DNA of 44,425 nt, taken from assembly GCF_006345805.1 (NCBI RefSeq), contig NW_021834913.1, positions 1 to 44,425 of the forward strand, given 5' to 3'. Of this stretch, positions 38,935-44,425 are shown piece by piece. The translations under genes were made by a program, and so were the position numbers. How positions within the stretch are numbered: position 1 is the stretch's first letter; the number at the start of each line of letters is the position of its first letter. This stretch comes from Octopus sinensis. Its lineage: Eukaryota. The notes below the pieces were generated by a model, which was given only the letters and a program-made list of their open reading frames with translations, ran no database searches and was not told where the DNA came from.

Positions 38935-39268
38935 ATTCTTTTATTTGTTTCAGTTATTTCATTCTGGTCACGCTGCAGCAAGGCTTTTAGTCGAACAAAT
39001 AGACCCCAGGACTTATTCGGTGTAAGCCCAGAACTTATTCTATCGGTCTGTTTTATCTTATCGGTGTTGCTAAGGCGCTAAGTTGCGGGGACGTAAAGAC
39101 ATCAACATCGGTTGTTAAGCGATGGTGGGTGGGGACAAACACAGACATACAAATAGATACATACAAATATATATATATATATATGTATACACCAAGGGCT
39201 TCTTTCAGTTTCCGCCTACCAAATGCGTTCACAAGGCTCTGGTCGGCCCGAGGCCGTAATAGAAGGCT
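38935..39268 (-). mobile_element. Older SINE family 1 copy lacking the head
   Basis: Diverged body and tail with the internal microsatellite. Confidence 0.8.
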
Positions 39269-39452
39269 CTCACATATACTCACACGGGCACACACACATA
39301 CAAAAATGACGCATGCATATGTATTTATGTATGTACGTACACATAACAACAAACACCTTGAATGACTCTCTCTCTCATAAAAATACACATATATAAAAGC
39401 ATAGAAACGTACATACAAAAACACACGTGTGCCTGTGTAACCGTCATGAGAA

Positions 39453-39491
<39 letters not shown>

Positions 39492-40060
39492 GAAGAGGAG
39501 AACATTGCAAAGAATGAATGAAATAAGGATGAAATGAAAAGATTCTGTAAAGGAAAGCTCGTTAAAAACTATCTTGTACGGAATATTTAAATATTTCTTT
39601 CAGTAATTCATTGTGGTTGTTTTTAGAGATAGTGTGTTAAAATTTGAAATGAAGGGAAATTTCGCCATTGCTACGTCGATATCGAAAGTTGATATTAAGA
39701 AACCTTTTTAAAGAAGTGAATCATATATAGAAAGCAATATTATGTAATTTTAGCAAAAAAAAATTCAAATGAAGACCCTTACAATTGCCCGAGGTCAGAA
39801 GTATGGAAGCAATTGGTGAAGCCGTTTTCGCGCGGAAAGCGAACAAACATATATCTCTATTTTATATATTAGATAGATACTTGGTGGTTATGTGTGTCTG
39901 TGTATATATGTATGTCTATATATATATATTATATAATATATATATATATATATATATAATATATGGTGTGTGTGGTGTGGTGTGTGTGTGTGTGTGTGTG
40001 TGTGTCTGTGTTTATGTGTGTGTGTGTATGTATGTAGAGATATATTATATAAATAAAATT

Positions 40061-41635
40061 TAGATAAAACTTAGATATGTTTCGACCAGAGATTGGTCCA
40101 GGCCATGTCTAACTTAATAGCACCACCTGATAGGATTATTCGAATCCTGTTTAAGTCAAGTTTTGTTCAAGTAGTGAGTTCTTGTTGGGTGAGTTGTATC
40201 CAGTTTTGTTCAAGTAGTGAGTTCTTGTTGGGTGAGTTGTATCCAATTATGGGTGGCTTGTCTGGTATTCTTTGAAGGAATCTATCCAGACTCTGTTTGA
40301 ATTTGATGGGATCCTTTTCCTCTTTGATCTCCCTCGGGACAATGTTAAATAGGGCAGGGCCTGTTGAGGAAAAGAAATATGTGCAGTGTACATATGTTGT
40401 GATCTTGAATTTGGCAGGGGACGTATAGCCCGTGGTCCAAGTCTCGGATGAACCTTGAAGCTAATGTTTAGGTCGTTTGGGCAAAGTTGGCGGTATATTT
40501 TCCACATCGTACAAATGATGTACCGCTCACGGCGACGCTGGAGGGAGTAAAGTTCAAGGCTTTAAGGCGATCCCAATAGTCGAGAGCAGCCATGCCTTCA
40601 ATTTGTTAGTGAGAGCCCTATGGGGTGACTCAATTCTGGAGATGTTTTGTCTTGTTGAGGAGACCACAGTGGGCAGCAGTATTCAAGGTGTGGCCGTACA
40701 AAGGATGAAAAAAGTGGTATGATGACACCTTGTTCTCTGGACCGGAAAGTTCTTAAGATCCAGGAACTCATCCTCCTACGAGCTGTATCGACCTTCTTGT
40801 TGATGTGTGCGCTCCAACTGAGATCGTCATCAACAATTACACCAGGTCTCTGATATTGTTAGAGGCTGTGAGCTGTTCCCTGAAGGAAGAGAGTATGGTT
40901 GCTTTAGTGAGGAATTTCTTCCAAAATGCATCAGCTCAAATTTTCCCTCATTCAGTTGCATTTTGTTTCTGTCTGCCCATTGACTCACAGCATATAGGTC
41001 AGACTGGAGTTGAGTTCGGTCTGCTTCTTCATTGACGATTTGCTGGAGCTTAGTGTCATCAGCGAATATTTTCACTTGCAGTGATTACGACACTGGAAAG
41101 GTCGTTTACATAAATTATGAAGAGTAGCGGACCCAAAACAGTTCCCTGGGGACACCGCTGGTGACTTTTGCTGGGTTTGAGTGGACTCTATCAACTACAA
41201 CATGTTGTGTTTCTATTCGCTAGGAAATACTGAATCCAGTGTAGAACTTTTCCACGGATTCCAACATTTGCCAATTTTGAGAGTAGGATGTTATGGTCTA
41301 CCCTGTCGAACGCTTTACTGAAGTCAAGGTATATGACCGTCAGAGTTCGAACCTGTTCCCAAGGCTTTGAGTACATCTTCAATGTGGTGTAAGACCTGTG
41401 TTAGACAGTCCCTGCCACAGCGAAAGCCATTTGATTTGAATTTAGGATTTGTGGGTCTCCAGGAAGTCAGCTATCCTTGATCTAACACTCTTTCAAACAC
41501 TTTAATGATGTGGGGGTGAGTGAGATTGGGCGATAGTTAGACTGCTGCGAGGGATCTGTTTCCCTGTTTGAAACCGGGATGACCGACTGGGATAGAAACT
41601 TTTTCGGTATTTAACATTGGAAAATTATGCGTGGC
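40061..41635 (-). mobile_element. CR1-clade LINE, 5'-truncated, RT pseudogene
   Basis: NYRPISLT, VIYLDFSKAFDRVDH, SGVPQGTVLGPLLFIIYVND, IFADDTKL, KFELMHFG in broken frames. 3' stem-loop GACCA/TGGTC and a short tail. Confidence 0.9.
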
Positions 41636-41648
41636 ATTCGATCATATA

Positions 41649-41906
41649 ATAATATAAATAATATATAAATATATGCATATACACAGACATATATGTACAT
41701 ACCTAGATATTTATGTATATTTACATGCATATATGAGTACAGGACATCAAAAAACGTTGAACACAATGAGAAACGAAAACATACAAGCAAAAACATAGAA
41801 AACGAACTTTTTTTCGAGCAACAAAAAAAAAACAACAGAAAAACGAGTCATGCAACATAAGGAATATTCCCTTTCATCAGTTGTCCCTGTTTCATTTACT
41901 CTGCGT
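41649..41906. repeat. Dispersed repeat, copy 2 (see 143-365)
   Basis: Colinear similarity. Contains CTGATGA on the minus strand. Confidence 0.6.
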
Positions 41907-41984
41907 ATATACTTATATGTGTGTGTATGTGTGTGTATATGTGTGTGTGCATGTATGTGTTGTGGTGTGAGTGTGTGTCCGTGT

Positions 41985-42185
41985 GTCAGTGTTTGTCACG
42001 CTCCACTACTTAATGAGATGTGTTAGTGTGTTTATGTCCCCGTAACTTAGCGATCCGGCAAAAGAGATCGCTGGAACAAGTACCAGGCTTAAAAATTAGG
42101 ACTGAGAGCGATTCATCCCACAAAAATTCATCAACGCGATGCTGCAGCATGTTCATGATCTAGTGAATGCAACATCTAAAAGAGA
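41985..42185 (+). mobile_element. Old SINE family 1-related 3' half
   Basis: GTGTTTATGTCCCCGTAACTTAGCG.TCCGGCAAAAGAGA.CG. Confidence 0.65.
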
Positions 42186-42199
42186 GATGATACATGTGA

Positions 42200-42780
42200 G
42201 CGAATGTGTATGTGTGCGTGTGTCTGTGTGTGTGTCTGTGTGTGTGTGTGTGTGTCTGTGTGTGTGTCTGTGTGTGTGTGTGTCTGTGTATATGTGTGTG
42301 TATGTGCGTGTGTATGTGTGTGTTGTGTGCTGTTTTGCGTCGCGTGTGTATATGTGTGTGTATATGTGTGTGTGTATGTGTGTGTCTGTGTGTGGTGTGC
42401 GCGCGCGCGCGCGTGTGTGTCTCTGCTGTGTGTGTGTGTGTTTGTCTGGTGGTGTGTTGTCCTGTGTCTATGTGTGTGTATGTGTTGTGTGTGTATGGTG
42501 GGGTGTGTATGTGGTGTGTGTATGTGTAGTGTGTATGTGTGTCGTGCGGGTGTAAGTATATTTGTGTGTATATGTGTGTGTGTATGTGTGTGTCTGTGTG
42601 TGTGTGTGCGCGCGCGCGCGCGTGTGTCTCTGTGTGTGTGTGTGTGTCTGTGTGTGTGTGTGTCTGTGTATATGTGTGTGTATGTGTGCGTGTGTATGTG
42701 TGTGTGTATGTGTGTGTGTATGTGTGCATGCGTGTGTATATGTTTGTGTATATGTGTGTGTATATGTGTGTGCTCTGTGT
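42200..42780. repeat. (TG)n-rich compound repeat with (CG)n tracts and internal duplication
   Basis: Direct reading. (CG)n runs near 42399 and 42608. Confidence 0.9.
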
Positions 42781-43087
42781 GTTTTGTATGGCGTGATCGT
42801 TGTTGCCTGAATCAGTTTTAGAAGGTTCGTGAATTTCCCCGCTGTCGTCTGACATTATGGAATTCATCTGTGTATTTACGTGCGAATTCTTTGCGTGACT
42901 ATATGAATTTTTCAGCCATTCTAAGGCTATCTTTTCTTTTACATCTTGCAAGTAACCTCAAAAAAAAAAAAAAAAAGAAAATCGAAACCATGAAAGAAAA
43001 AAAAACCTGAAAACATAACACCTACATATTCTCTCCGGAGCTAACATGGAAACCCCTTAAGTCCTTGCAGTTGCATGTTTCTATATA

Positions 43088-43320
43088 TATTTCTTTACTA
43101 CCCACAAGGGGCTAAACACAGAGAGGACAAACAAGGACAGACAAACGGATTAAGTCGATTACATCGACCCCAGTGCGTAACTGGTACTTAATTTATCGAC
43201 CCCGAAAGGATGAAAGGCAAAGTCGACCTCGACGGAATTTGAACTCAGAACGTAATGGCAGACAAAATACGGCTACGCATTTCGCCCGGCGTCCTAACGT
43301 TTCTGCCAGCTCGCCGCCTT
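43088..43320 (-). mobile_element. SINE family 2, full-length young copy
   Basis: AAGGCGGCGAGCTGGCAGAAACGTTAG head through the ...GTGGGTAGTAAAGAAATA tail. Confidence 0.9.
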
Positions 43321-43398
43321 GCATGTTTCTATATAATTACATTCCAGTCTACACAAACAACCTTCAATTATACAGTATAGCGCACGTGCCAATGACGC

Positions 43399-43435
<37 letters not shown>

Positions 43436-43771
43436 ACACCTACATTCATGCACATACATAAACACACTAGCGTACATATTCTTTGACGCATCCCTCAGCA
43501 TCTGTACAGGCAATTTATATTTTAACATTATTATTTGAAAGATTAAGTCAGATCGAAAATATCCTGCAAAGCATATGGTTGTGAAGCATGTGAAATAGCT
43601 TTTAACTAAATAGTAATATATCTTTATACAATTAAGACGTTGTTAGGTCGTCAAGTGAAGTGTGTTGTGGTATTTTTACTCCGAGATCAAATCCCGCTGA
43701 AGTCAATTTTGATTTTTCTCAGTCCAAGTTGGTGTTATAATAATATAATAATATAATATAATAATAAACAT

Positions 43772-44050
43772 TGTGTACAGTGCTCAGGTGCACTACAACT
43801 CATTTAAAGTGCATATATAATCAGGTGTAGTTTCGACGGATTTCGGAAAGCATGAAGGCCTTAAAGGATGCAGTGTCATGGCAGTCAACAACTGACGCAG
43901 GCAGTTTATTCCATGCTTCAGCAACTCTGAGCGTGAAGAAATGTTTCCGAAAGTCATGGGAGCTGTGTTGTTTTCTGACTTTGTAGGCATGTCCACGTGT
44001 GTTAGACACATGGAGATCAAAAAGGTGTTGAGTGTTGTTATTGATGGAAA
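43772..44050 (-). mobile_element. CR1-clade LINE 3' fragment
   Basis: TRGHAYKVRK...RKHFFTLRVAEAWNKLPASVV...SFK is a typical CR1 C-terminus. Confidence 0.85.
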
Positions 44051-44228
44051 CTGCTAGAGATCCGAGTGAGATTCTGTCAAAGTAGCATTTTATCCATTGT
44101 ATTTCGATTTCAAATTTATCTGAAAATGCTGAATGTCTTCGGCAGCTGTTGGAAGAGTTAATGAAAAGCTCCTGGCTTTGGGTAAACGAAAATGCAGGAG
44201 GATGAGTTAATTATGATTTTATTCAACA

Positions 44229-44425
44229 CTAGCAGTATCGCCCGGCGTTGCTCGGGGTTGTAAGGGAATAACTATAAAGATTTTTTAGAGAGTTATAGCC
44301 AAAAAATAGCAAAAAAATGGGAAAAAATTATGGTAAATTTCTTTGAGAGTTAAAAAGGTCGAGTTTGCGTCCCCTAGACAGTCTGTGGTTTGTTTGTTCT
44401 GATTCTCGACCCCCATGTCGAATTT
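44229..44425 (-). mobile_element. Non-autonomous Helitron 3' terminus
   Basis: Minus strand: hairpin CCCGAGCAACGCCGGG, then GCGATACTG-CTAG|T end. Confidence 0.75.

Noticed and set aside
40061-40115. GACCA/TGGTC stem followed by GAAAC on the minus strand
   Set aside because: No CTGANGA upstream. Better explained as the 3' stem-loop of the CR1 element.
41845-41906. CTGATGA plus hairpin on the minus strand as a hammerhead
   Set aside because: No GAAA follows the hairpin and no stem I can be formed in this truncated copy.

Overview
AT-rich, gene-poor eukaryotic DNA, very probably from an octopus (coleoid cephalopod). The basis is its tRNA-derived SINE families and very dense (AT)n, (GATA)n, (CA)n and (CAT)n microsatellites. 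No intact protein-coding gene is supported. Most ORF-track entries are microsatellite artefacts or decayed transposon frames. Recognisable content: (1) three tRNA-headed SINE groups in about 25 copies; (2) a complete but frameshifted Tc1 element with TA target duplication (TSD); (3) a mariner remnant and a hAT MITE with an 8-bp TSD; (4) Helitron Rep/Hel and terminal fragments; (5) CR1 and R4/Dong LINE fragments; (6) a Penelope-like element (PLE) remnant with RT and GIY-YIG motifs. The most notable signal is a set of type I hammerhead ribozyme (HHR) motifs from six unrelated repeat families (about 4.4, 4.9, 8.1, 29.2, 30.6 and 31.5 kb). All have a self-complementary stem III, and several sit in palindromic or tandem non-coding elements next to (AT)n tracts. 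PLE-borne hammerheads are known in general, but this diversity and these architectures merit testing. All calls were made by eye and none was database-verified.
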